A stretch of 64,000 nt of DNA from Carcharhinus amblyrhynchos (taxonomy: Eukaryota). The notes under the pieces are model-generated. The model was not told the origin of the DNA and did not search any database. It saw nothing but the letters and a program-made list of their open reading frames with translations. Shown in pieces: positions 1-11,700 of the stretch (position 1 is the first letter of the stretch; each line of letters starts with the position of its first letter). The stretch lies in NCBI GenBank assembly GCA_965287045.1, contig OZ336880.1:40982001-41046000 (forward strand). Direction: 5' to 3'. The position numbers and the translations under genes are program-made.

Positions 1-134
1 GTTGTGTATTTTATGTCTTGATCTGTCTGTTGTTATGTTATTGTACAGTTGTGTTTTGGAGAATATTTTGATGTGTTGTAAGTGTCTGTAATATTCACTA
101 AATTAACTTGAATGTATAATTTTGAGCCATAACA

Positions 135-830
135 AGCACCTGCAAGACATCTTTAAAGTTCTGAAATGTCCCAAGCCACATTTCAAATAGGAATCAGGAA
201 AATAACCGGAAAAGAAGGAGGAGTGGAAGCAAACAAATGACAAGTTGGTTGAAGTGATGGGATTCTCAGACAGTTTTCATGAGAAGAGATAGAATGTAAG
301 AGGAGGGAATTCCAGACAATAGGATTTGAGTGGCTGAACATTCAGGAACTGGCTGGGTCAGGGGAGAAATGGATGTAAAAAAAATTCTATAATCAGAGGA
401 ATTGGGCACTAAGGTGGGGAGAGTAGAGAGCTGAAAGGGATTAGAGAGATGGGATTGAGATCATGATGAGCTTTGGAGACAAACATGTGAGAGTTGTATC
501 TCCTTAGAGTATTTTTTCATCAGCTGCCATTACAGTGACAGGCATTCAGCTGAAACTTCAAGATGTACAGAGCAGGAGAAATTCTAAAGACATTTTCCCA
601 ATTGGATTTTAAATTAAACACTTTGCAATTGGAAAAGAATGTAAACATAGGGACATATGTACTGGATAAGTGAGAATTTGTATGAGCAGGATATTTGCAG
701 CATAGTTTTGTACAATTAGCAGCAGTAGAGGGTGGAGAAAGGAAAGTCCGTAAAGAGAACTTTGGAGTAGTTGAATGTGTTGAGTGGAGAAGATGTGTAT
801 TTGAAACTCAACTGAAAGTAAAATCAGCCT
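135..830 (-). mobile_element. Decayed L2-like LINE fragment
   Basis: Purine-rich tract with remnants such as 'gtcccaagcc' and 'gggaattccagacaatagg' resembling antisense L2 3' regions; boundaries approximate. Confidence 0.4.
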
Positions 831-907
831 GAATCTATGTTAAATATATTTTTTTAACAAGAGACAGTCGCTTCATTGCAATTTTATTTTTGGACACTTG
901 GTTGTTC

Positions 908-975
908 GAGAAAATACTTGAAAATCTCAGCAGGTCTGACAGCATCTGTGAAGAGAGATGTAGAAGTAATAATTC
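908..975 (+). mobile_element. Short Penelope-associated repeat fragment
   Basis: 'ctcagcaggtctgacagcatctgtgaagagaga'; a reverse-oriented relative lies at 4751-4850. Confidence 0.5.
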
Positions 976-1002
976 GCTGTTATGGATTCTAAACATTAAC
1001 TC

Positions 1003-1400
1003 TGGGCTGAATTTTCTGGCCCTCTAACAGCAGGCGAGGGAAACAGTGCAGTGGCAGTTTCCCACCAGTGTAAAATGATGGTGGGATCTTCTGCACGTCA
1101 TGGTGGGTTAAAATTTCCACCAGAAATTGGCGTAAAACTGATTTGCATTGCGCTAATGGAATCCAGATGAAGCCACAATTGGAATTGCTCTCCCTGCCTG
1201 ATCTGTGGTGCTGCCAATGGGAAATCTCGCCGATATACAGAACACATCTGGACCAACATGGTGTACATGTCAGCATTTACCTGAAGGCAGTCTGGGGCAG
1301 CTCGCTGTGACCTGAAGAGGAGACAAAGGCCTCTAGCAACCAGACCCCAGAACACCAGGTGCAGCAGTGGAAGGGGTGGGGAATATCAACCATGTGAATC
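1003..1400. mobile_element. Non-autonomous DNA transposon (Harbinger-like MITE) relic
   Basis: Starts 'gggctgaattttc', a terminus also seen in other GC-richer intronic inserts in this window; right end uncertain. Confidence 0.35.
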
Positions 1401-1978
1401 TTCTCCATATAGCAGCTTCCAGGAAGTGGTTGTTCTCGGTGAAGCAACTCCTCCCAGGATTTGGATCTACAAGCTGCAGGTGAAAGGCTGCAGGAGGTAC
1501 TGGTCTGTGCTAAGAATGGGAGACATTAGACAGGGAGGAAAGGAGTGAAGTGGTGGAGTGGTGGCAGGTATTAGGGGAAAAGGAGAGATTCTGCAACGGT
1601 TCTGGAATGGGTGAGCTGGTATGGAACAGGAGAGTGGGAAAGGTCCTGCTGGAGTGCAGGTGGGGGAGCATGTTGTGCATATATGAAAGGGCAGGGAGGT
1701 GGTGTAGAGGTGTGAATGGACTTGGGCGAGAAGAAAGAGAAGGTTTTAAAGGGAGAGGTCAGTAGAGTCAATGGAGAATTCCTGGAGGGCACATGAGGGT
1801 ATCAATGATAAGATGGAATGATGACATTTAAAGGGGCACTAGAAGCCAATAGGATAAGGATGCGGTGAAATGGAATGAAGGGGTGCTGAGGATTGTTGGA
1901 AGGAATGGGGAAAGTGATGCGGATTTTGGGGTTGGCAAGATAAGGGGGCATGAGAGGATTAGGGGAAGATAAGGGGGC

Positions 1979-3685
1979 ATGAGGGCATTAGAGGATGAGA
2001 AAGGGGACCTAGTGGTAGGGGATGGGGATATGGCTAAGGTATTGAATAACTTTTTTGTTTCTGTCTTCACGGAGGAGGACGTGAATAATTTGCCGGGTGT
2101 TAGCGATGGAAAGGTGGTAGGACTGAAGGGTCTCGATGACGTTACTGTTACTAGAGAGGCGGTGCTCGACAGACTGGAGGGGCTGATTGTGGACAAGTCC
2201 CCAGGACCGGATGGAATGCATCCGAGGGTTCTGAAAGAAATGGCGGAGGTGATAGTGGATGCCTTGGTGGTTATTTTCCAGACGTTGCTGGATTCCGGGG
2301 AAGTGCCGGATGATTGGAAAACGGCTAATGTTACGCCGTTGTTTAAGAAGGGTGCCAGGCAAAAGGCGGGGAATTATAGGCCGGTTAGTTTAACGTCTGT
2401 GGTAGGTAAAATGTTAGAATCTGTCATTAAGGAGGAAATTGCAAGGCATCTTGAAGGGAATTGCTTGATAGAGCAGACGCAGCACGGTTTCATTAAAGGG
2501 AAGTCGTGTCTGACAAATTTACTGGAGTTCTATGAGGATGTGTCTAGGGCAGTGGATAGAGGAGAGCCGGTGGATGTGGTCTTTCTAGATTTTCAGAAGG
2601 CGTTTGACAAAGTACCTCACAAGAGGTTATTGCAGAAGGTCGAGGGACATGGAGTTGGGGGTAGGGTGTTAACGTGGATAGAGGATTGGTTGTCAAATAG
2701 GAGGCAGAGAGTGGGGGTCAACGGGTGCTATTCGGATTGGCGGATGGTGACTAGTGGAGTGCCCCAGGGATCGGTGCTGGGGCCTCAGCTTTTTACCATT
2801 TATATAGATGATCTGGAGGAGGGAACCGAGTGTAGGGTGTCGAAATTTGCTGATGACACCAAGATTGGGGGAACGGCAAATTGTGCGGAGGGTGTGGAGA
2901 GTCTGCAGAAGGATCTAGATAGGCTGGGCGAATGGGCCAGGAAATGGCAAATGGAATTTAATGTTGGCAAGTGTGAGGTGGTCCACTTTGGTAGGAAGAA
3001 TGGTAGGAAGGACTATTACTTACGGGGCGAAAAACTGCAGCAGGCGACGGTGCAGAGGGACCTCGGGGTCCTTGTGCATGAGTCGCAAAAACCCAGCTTG
3101 CAGGTGCAGCAGGTGGTCAGGAAGGCGAATGGGATGCTGGCCTTCATAGCGAGGGGGATTGAATATAAAAGTAGGGAGGTCTTGCTGCAGCTGTATAGGG
3201 TATTGGTGAGGCCGCAGCTGGAGTACTGTGTGCAGTTTTGGGCGCCGCACCTGCGCAAAGATATTTTGGCCTTGGAGGGAGTGCAGAGGAGGTTTACTAG
3301 GCTGATACCGGAGTTGAGGGGGTTGAGCTATGAGGAGAGGCTGAATAAACTAGGCTTGTACTCATTAGAGTTTAGAAGAATGAGGGGAGATCTCATTGAG
3401 ACGTATAAGATGATGAATGGGATGGATAGGATAGAGGTGGAGAGACTCTTCCTGCTCAAAAAAGACAGTAGGACTAGGGGGCACAGCCTCAGGATAAAGG
3501 GGGGGCGGTTTAGAACGGAGTTGAGGAGGAACTTCTTCACTCAAAGGGTGGTGAATCTCTGGAATTCTCTGCCCGTTGAAGTGGTGGAGGCTGCCTCGCT
3601 AAATATTTTTAAGACGCGGGTTGATGGGTTTTTGATAAGAGAGGGGATTAAGGGTTATGGGGAGAGGGTGGGAAAGTGGAACTGA
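1979..3685 (+). CDS. CR1 ORF2 reverse transcriptase (truncated, no endonuclease), 568 aa
   Basis: Uninterrupted ORF in the track with non-LTR RT motifs. Confidence 0.85.
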   Translation: MRALEDEKGDLVVGDGDMAKVLNNFFVSVFTEEDVNNLPGVSDGKVVGLKGLDDVTVTREAVLDRLEGLIVDKSPGPDGMHPRVLKEMAEVIVDALVVIFQTLLDSGEVPDDWKTANVTPLFKKGARQKAGNYRPVSLTSVVGKMLESVIKEEIARHLEGNCLIEQTQHGFIKGKSCLTNLLEFYEDVSRAVDRGEPVDVVFLDFQKAFDKVPHKRLLQKVEGHGVGGRVLTWIEDWLSNRRQRVGVNGCYSDWRMVTSGVPQGSVLGPQLFTIYIDDLEEGTECRVSKFADDTKIGGTANCAEGVESLQKDLDRLGEWARKWQMEFNVGKCEVVHFGRKNGRKDYYLRGEKLQQATVQRDLGVLVHESQKPSLQVQQVVRKANGMLAFIARGIEYKSREVLLQLYRVLVRPQLEYCVQFWAPHLRKDILALEGVQRRFTRLIPELRGLSYEERLNKLGLYSLEFRRMRGDLIETYKMMNGMDRIEVERLFLLKKDSRTRGHSLRIKGGRFRTELRRNFFTQRVVNLWNSLPVEVVEAASLNIFKTRVDGFLIREGIKGYGERVGKWN

Positions 3686-3778
3686 TCCACGACAGATCAG
3701 CCATGATCTCATTGAATGGCGGGGCAGGCTCGAAGGGCTAGATGGCCTACTCCTGCTCCTATTTCCTATTTCTTATGT
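1979..3778 (+). mobile_element. CR1 LINE copy 1, 5'-truncated, with intact RT region and 3' UTR
   Basis: RT motifs KSPGPDG, DFQKAFDKV, GVPQGSVLGP, FADD; 3' end 'gatggcctactcctgctcctatttc...ttcttatg'. Confidence 0.95.
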
Positions 3779-4750
3779 CACTCATAACAGAGGGGATTTT
3801 CAAGAAGGTAGAGAACTTTTACATTGACCTATACAGACTGGAAGTCAATAGGGGAGGGATGACCATGGGGTGATCAAAAGTGAATCCTGGAAAGTCAGTT
3901 GCAATGGGAGGAAAGATATGGGTGATGAGGGAAGGAGAAAAGGTATTAGACTCAACTTTGAAGCCATCGACAATCATGGCTGCCAACTATTATTCAGAGC
4001 CTCGTGGCGGAGACCTCATGATGCTGCATGAGGGTTGTCAGGTCAGGGTAGAGCGGAGCTACTGGTCAGCTCAACTGGACAACTGAAGGTGAACCCCAGT
4101 ACATAGTGCTTACAATGCTAGGGCCTCAACGCAGATAAGAGTGTGAAGGTAAAAAGCTCAGTATGAATGGGAGACTTCTTACATATGACTCACAAGGATC
4201 CTGGCAAAAACTTTTTTGTCTCCCTGCTTGATTCTGGAAAATGTTGGGTATTTCACTCTCAAGTTTGAGGACTATCACTCTCAAACCATGTCAGCCATGA
4301 TTAAAATGCAAGTAAACTAAATTTTTAAAAAGTACACTGAGCGTAACATCACAGTCACCTGTGCAACACTTGTGAACTCTGAACTTCTTAATTATTCTTT
4401 CCCCAATACTTCTATTTACTCCCTCAACATCTGCAGCAGGGGTGGCAGCAGCCTGCTGATCACTTGGCTCTGTTGTCTTGGATGGCTTTGTCACTTTTTG
4501 GGCATTGCCCTCTTTCTGACACCTGTAAGTGAAAGAGGTGAAAATGGGTGACTGCATGAGCTACCTCCAACCTGGAAGCACTCTTGACCCTGAGCTTTTT
4601 ATAACACATATTGATCATTATCCAATGGAGGCTGCAAGCCAGTCTCTCCATCTCAAATTGATCTAACCTGTCTGGCCCTGCCAGTTGGGTTGCCTACTCC
4701 TTGACGTTGATCAATTAATTTGTGGCCAACCCAGAAGGAAAAGTTCCACC

Positions 4751-4850
4751 CTGTTTCTCTCTCCATATGTGCTGCCAGACCTGCTGAGTTTTTCCTGTAT
4801 TTTGTTTTATTTCGGATTTCTAACACCCACTGTATTTTGCTTTTATTTTA
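4751..4850 (-). mobile_element. Short Penelope-associated repeat fragment
   Basis: 'ctgtttctctctccatatgtgctgccagacctgctgagttttt', reverse-complement relative of 908-975. Confidence 0.5.
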
Positions 4851-5004
4851 TATTAATTACTGGCCTAGATAATCTGCCTGTAGCTATTAAAAATTTGTAT
4901 GTAGCAATAAGAAAATAATTATTAGTTAGTTGGGAACAGTGCCTGAAGCCATAAAAATACAAACAATTCCTTTTCTGAAGGAATTGAATTGAAAAACATT
5001 TATG

Positions 5005-5535
5005 CTAAACTTGCATTGAACTTTGCTCAAATACCCATGGAGTACTGTGCACAGTTCTAGTCTCCAAATTACTAAAGAATACAAAATGAAAATAAAATAC
5101 CAAGCATGATACCAGAACTGAGAGGTCATATATATAAAAAAAAACTGAACTGGTCAGACTCTTTTCCCTAGAAAACAGAAAGTCGAGCGATGACCTGATG
5201 GAGGATTTTATAATTATGAAGTGAATTGATGGGGTAAATAAAGTGAAACATTTTTCACTTATGGGAGAGTCAAAAACCAAAGGAAACAAATAAGACATAG
5301 TCATTAATAAATCCAATGGGGAATTTAGGAGAAATGTCTTTATTCATAGAATGATTAGAATGTGGAATTTGCCACCACATGGAATAGATCAATAGCATAA
5401 GATATTGAAAAGGGCAGCAAGTTAAGTACCTGAAGAAGAAAGATATAGAAATTTATGCAGGTGGAATTAGATGAAATAGAGTGGGAAGTGGCTGAGACAT
5501 AAATAGCAGCTGAATGGCTTGTTTTTCTATTGTTG
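5005..5535 (+). mobile_element. Old decayed CR1 3' fragment
   Basis: Remnants 'gagtactgtgcacagttctagtctcc', 'gaatttaggagaaatgtcttt', 'agaatgtggaatttgccacc' parallel the CR1 C-terminus, with stops and frameshifts. Confidence 0.7.
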
Positions 5536-5649
5536 TTTTGTTACATGAAAATTGCTTTTATCATTATCAAAAACTGTAGGTTCTTGTTTTGCTCTTCAAG
5601 AAAAAAATCTTTAATGTGGCTTACAACAGTTTTAATAATGTCTTTAAAG

Positions 5650-5733
5650 TGCCTGAGATTGCCAAGAAACTTGTGCCTGAAAAAGTTACTCCAATCACAC
5701 TTACAGAAAGCAAGGAAATAGCTTCAGTAAAAG
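5650..5733 (+). CDS. TTN: TTN PEVK exon, 84 nt (VPEIAKKLVPEKVTPITLTESKEIASVK)
   Basis: tttaaag|TGCCTGAG...AAAAG|gtacag, phase 1-1, canonical 28-aa PEVK module. Confidence 0.9.
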
Positions 5734-8700
5734 GTACAGAAGTGAGAGTACTTTCACCTGTATGGTTTTCTCATATATGTTACTAATGGTAACTTTAATG
5801 TTCCACGGGCTTTTTCCAATAACAAATAATGTCATCTCTGTTTTTTGTTTTTTCATTGTTTTATGTGGTTTGTTCTGGTGATAATCTTGTGTGGTTTTAT
5901 CTTTACATTCTGATTTTTGTACCAGTCTTTGTAGTAGTGTTTTTGTATTTTATGTGTTAATATTTGTGTCATCTTATTCATCTTATTCTACACTCTTTTT
6001 AAACTTAAACTTATATGTTTTTGACCTTTATCTAAAATTCTAAAACTTTTTCTTCAACCTCTGAAGCTTTCAAGAAGATTTTACATGAAGAGACTATTGA
6101 AGTTGACAAGACTGTTCCGTATGAGAAAATTATTGAGCACGATGAGATGATCTTACCTGAAGAAACAATTCAAACTGATGAGACAATTTTACCTGAGGAA
6201 ATTGAGCATGATGAGATATTATATGAGGAAAGTGCTGAGTACGATGAGATGATATCTGAAGAAACTGTGCAGGATGCTGATAGGATTTTACCTGAGGAAA
6301 TTGTTGAGGCAGATGAGGAGATTTTAGATAAAGAAATTGTTGAACCTGACAAGGTGACTTCATACGAACAAAGTGTTGAGTTCTATATGGGTTTACCTGA
6401 GGACACTGCTCAGCTTGAGGAGATTATTTTACCCAAGAAAATTATTGAGGCTGGTGAGAAGACTTTACATGAAGAAATTGTTGAAGCAACACTTCCAGAA
6501 AAAAAGAAATTTATTTCAGAGAAAGGTATAGAACTATTTATTAGAGGATTATACTTTAATCAGCTGCAACATCTCATAACCAATGGAAATGTCTGTGATT
6601 TTTAAAATTTTATTTATATTCTCTGTGGGCCCTCTGTTTACTCACAGTACTGCTGTCTACAATATTGACACCTATATTTCAGATGTTCTCTAGTTACACT
6701 GGCTCTATTATTTCCTGTCTTTTAATTTTAATACCGTATTGTAATAGTTATTGAGTAGTGAAAGAGTTTGTGAGTTCAGTCATTTTTACAAATTCCCCAG
6801 CAAACCTAAACTTTGCCTAACTAGCTAACTAAAAATTCACATAAGTAACAGTTTAATATTTGCCAGATGAAGCAAACAGTCTCTTCCAGTAGGGACATCC
6901 TCCCATTATCTGAGCTTAGAGAATTTAAACCCTGACTTCCAAGAGCCAAAATTGGAGACTAATCAACTAAAACTGTGCAGTGTAACGTAAAGAAGTATTA
7001 GGAATCGTCTACCCGCTCTGAGATCATTTCACATGGTACAGTATTGACTTTCTGAGTACAAATGAAAAAATTCCATGGAGTAACTAGCACTCAAAGGTTA
7101 TTTGTTTAACATTTTTTGAATGAAGTTAAAGAAATATGTTTACTGTTTCTTAAGTATCTCACATGTTCAGTTGCCTGTTTTTGATAATAATAGAAATTTT
7201 GTATACATTCACTAAATATTTAAACAAAATATTTTTTGAAGTGGCTCCAATTACTGAGAAGATTGAACCTAAAGGTGATGTTCTAGTCACTGCTCCAGTG
7301 AAGCAAGATTTGGAACCAGTAGAAGGTATACAAATCAATGTCACTCATTGGCTTGTGTCATTGGTGCAAAATCCATGAAACTTTCAACATTTCAATGTCT
7401 TTCACTTCCATTACATCTCTTCATCTGCATTTCATCTTTCTTGTGGTTCATTATTTCATTGCTTAATTGTCTATGCTTGCTTTCAACTGTTCTTCATTTT
7501 AATTCTGTCACTCAGGCCTTGTTCTTACAATCTAATTAGTAAAGGAGCATTTGTACTGAAAGAAAAATTTTCTGGCCACATACAAGATACGACTATGAAA
7601 AATGAAGTTCAAACCCCCAACCTATCCAATTACTTATTTTGGTTTGTTTGTCATGAACAATAGTTAGCAGGTTACGCAATTTTAATGTGAGTAATATTTC
7701 CTCCACGACAGCAAAGAATAAACAAGAATTTTAACTGTCCAAGGACTCTATCAAGACCATTGCACAATTGACCAATCATGTGGCATGCTTAAACCCTAAG
7801 GAAAAGTGTACTTCCCAAGTTTTTCATCCCTCTGACCTGGGTAAACTGGCAAAATTCAGCATCAAGTGGAAAGTTGGGAAACAAATGCTTGTCAAAATTA
7901 GACTGATGCTGAACTCTAATAGTTTGATGCACTCTAGCTGTTGAACCAGGGAATAATTTGGGATAATATTCCATGTAATTATGCTTTTCAAGAGTTGACT
8001 TTAATGGTAATAAAATCTTTGAATTGTTTTTAAAGTGCCTGAAACTGAAGAGGTACCTGCTACAACACTTCCTATTTCTGCTCCAGGACCAGTCAAGAAA
8101 CCCCTTAAAGGTACAATTTATCAAAAGCTTGAACCTTAATTTACAATGGCAAATTTTAAAATACCTTACTACATAATATGTTGATATACAGTTTAGTATT
8201 TTTTTTCCTGAATGTTAAATGGTAAAGTTATGCAGAATTTAATTGCACAGATTTCTAAATGTTGTGTATTGGTTGTATCAAATTGTCTTCAGTCTATTTA
8301 AAAAGTTACAATTCATGTATCTTGTCTCTTGTGATCCCTTCTGTTAATGTGTTTATTTGGAAATTTTGCTGTCTATGGGTATGTTTTACAATGTGTTTAA
8401 TTTGGTGAACTCACCAATTTAGTTTGGAGATGATGACATTGTTTGGTTTTGTTTAAATGTTAGACTGTTCTTTTACGGAATTGCAAAAAAAGTCCTTTTT
8501 GATGTGTCACTAAATTATATATGAAACCTTTATAGCTGCAGAACAATTCAAGCCATCTTTGAAACTAAAACCTACAGTCAAAGTTCCAAAGGAAGTAGAA
8601 GATATAGAAATTTCAGTACTGAAGAAAATTAGTAAGCTTCCCAAGGAAGAGAAAGATGAAGATGAGGGCATTATATTAAAAAAGGTGGATAGCTCTCCTA

Positions 8701-11700
8701 AAGAAGAAGACAAGTACATAGGGGTAGAACTTAGGAAACCGATTAAAGGTCCTGAGGAAGTGGAAGATGAAGAACATGTACCACGAAAGAAACCAGATGT
8801 AATCTTAAAAGAGAAAGAAACAGAAAGAGAAATAATATTGCAGTTGGTTGATGAGATTCCTAAAATAGATAAAGATTATGGAAAAGGTGTATCAATAAAG
8901 AAATTAGATAAAATTTCTATTGAACAAGATGATGCATACAAAATGTTACCAAGGAAAGGTACCAAAGTACAATCCAAAGAAATGGAGGAGGAGCCAGGTA
9001 CACCACTGAAGAAACCTGATAAGATCACTAAGCAAAAGGAAGAAGCGGAAAAGATATCACTAAAAAAGCGTGACACAGTCCCTAAAAAAGAAACATTAAA
9101 AGAAAAACGCATAATATCAAAGAAACTACCCAGTGATGAAGAAGATAGAAAAAAGCAAATAATATTGGAAACAGTTGGTGAAGTGCCTAAAATTGAAAGA
9201 GGCATAGAAAAGACTGTGCATTTAACCAGAACAGAACCAGTTCCTATGAAGGTAGAAGACAGAGAAAAGATATCTGTGAAGCGTACCCTAGTTGCTGATA
9301 CAGAGAAGGATAAGGAGAAGATAATCCCATTGAAGGAACCTAGTCAAAGCCCTATAGAACAGAAAGATGAAGACAAACATTTGGCACTGAGAAAAGATAG
9401 GACATCGCCTCAGCTTGCGGAGGAAAAGGAACACCCTAGTCTCAAGAAAGTTGACCTTCCTAAAATTATTCATGAAAAGACCAGGATTGCACCATCTCTT
9501 GAAGAAGAGGCACCCAAAAGTATAGAAATTTACCCAGTCGATAGGATACCCAGGAAGACTGCTCCTGAAGAGCCTGCATCAAAATTGGTACGAGAGGTTA
9601 CTGCAGAAGAGGCTGCCGATATTACCAAGACAACATATGAAAAGAAAATGGTACCCTCCAAAGAAAAACCTCATGAAACATCTTTAAAGATTGGAAAAGG
9701 GAAAGTTCTGGTTTCAAAAGAAGAACAGGAAACAGCTTTACTGAAAAAAATTCCCTCAAAAGGAAGTGCATTTGATGCAAAAGAACCACAAAAGATTCAC
9801 AAATTACCTGAAAAGGATGTGGCAGCTTATAAAGAGAAAACACAAATTATCCCTACTAAAATGGATAAAGGGAAAGTATCTGACGAACAGGAACCAGTGC
9901 AGTTAGAAAAATTCCCCTCGAAAGAAATTCTGTTTGAAGATAAGGAATCAGAAAAACTAAAAAAAGTTCCTGAAAAGACATCAGTGATCCCTACAGCGAA
10001 AGTTGATGAAACACATTTTAAAATTGCAAAAGGAAAAATTCCTGTTTTGGAAGAACAGAAAGATCACATAGAGCTGAAGAAAGTTCCTTCAAAGGAAGTT
10101 GTAATAGAAGAAAAGCCACAGAAAGTACCAGTAAAGAAAGAACTGACACCCAGGGATATATCTGATATTGCACATCCTAAAATTAGAAAGGGAAAAGTAC
10201 CAGTGTCAGAAGAAAGAGATCAAGCACAGGTGAAGAAGATTCCTTCAAAAGAAGCTGCAGTAGAAGAAAAGCCACAGAAAATACCAATAAAGAAAGTACT
10301 GACACCCAGGGATATACCTGATACTGCACATCTTAAAATTGGGAAGGGAAAAGTACCAGTATCAGAAGAAGAAAAAGATCAAGCACAGATAAAGAAAATT
10401 CCTTCAAAAGAACCTGCAGTGGAAGAAAAGCCACAGAAAATACCAATAAAGAAAGTCCTGACACCCAGGGATATACCTGATGCTGCACATCTTAAAATTG
10501 GAAAAGGAAAAGTGCCAGTGTCAGAAGAAGAAAAAGATCATGTACAACTGAAAAAGATTCCTTCAAAAGAACTTCCGGTGGAAGAAAAGCCACAGAAAAT
10601 ACCAGTAAAGAAAATACTGACACCCAGGGATATACCTGATACTGCACTTCCTAAAATTGGAAAGGGAAAAGTACCAGTGTCAGAAGAAGAAAAAGATCAA
10701 ATACAGCTAAAAAAGATTCCTTCAAAAGAACTTGTGATGGAAGAAAAGCCACAGAAAATACCAGTAAAGAAAGTACTGACCCCTAGAGATGTGGCACACC
10801 TTAAAGCAGGCAAAGGGATTCCATCAGCTGTTGAAAAAGATTTGGAACTAACACAAATTAAAAAAGTTCCCTCTGAAAGCATCTCAACAGAAGATGACTA
10901 CGAAGTAGAATCAGAAGAAATGTCAATAGAAGAATTACGGGACAAAGGAGACTGGGAATGGGAATTAACTGAAGAAGAGGAGGAATATGGCTCATCTGTT
11001 GACTGGGAGCATGAAGATGATGAAGAGTTTGAGGGTGCAGTTGAGACTCCTTCAAAGCCTTACAAACAACGAGGTGAGATGGCTGCTGCACATCTACCAA
11101 ACTGATTGTTCATATCTTGTGCTTTGGAAAATAGATCAGTGTTCTTTGTTTTTGTTTGTGTTCATCTTTTGTCAAACATCTTTGTTTGTCCTCGCAATGC
11201 AGCTTGTGTTTATGTGCATGATGTATCATGGTTGTCAAAAGTCTGTCAAAAGGTTGTTAAAATTCATGTCTGTTTCTTGTGTTTGGTCCATGTGGTCCTA
11301 TGCTTCCCAAAGAAAAATTGTCTTAATTTGCTTTGTCGTTTGCTATTAACAGAGCTATGGGTGAATTAAAATCATTTTTCATTTACATCATTGAAGGCAC
11401 AGGCTTCAGCAGACCTTCCAAATAGTCTGGTTTCACATTTTTCATTCAAAACTAATTATGTCTTTTTCTTCATTTTACATCTCCTCTGGCCGCATGAGTA
11501 AACCTTTGTTTAGTGTATTAAACAAGTGGTAGTGCCATTTTTGATTTTTCTTTTGCCTGTATTACAGATTATCAATATGTAAATATATTTTTCCATCTAA
11601 ATACAATACACTTTCTGAGCCTCATTGTTTCCACCCTAAGGTTATAACAGAAGCATCTTAACATATAATAATTTGGAAGGATAGTCTTGACATGCCGATA

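Noticed and set aside
908-4850. Inverted repeat fragments flanking CR1 copy 1 as the ends of a composite transposon
   Set aside because: They are short, diverged pieces of what looks like an abundant family, with no TSD; independent insertions are more likely.
9690-10875. Regular repeats as a CRISPR-like array
   Set aside because: The units are contiguous, in frame and protein-coding, with no unique spacers, in a eukaryotic gene.
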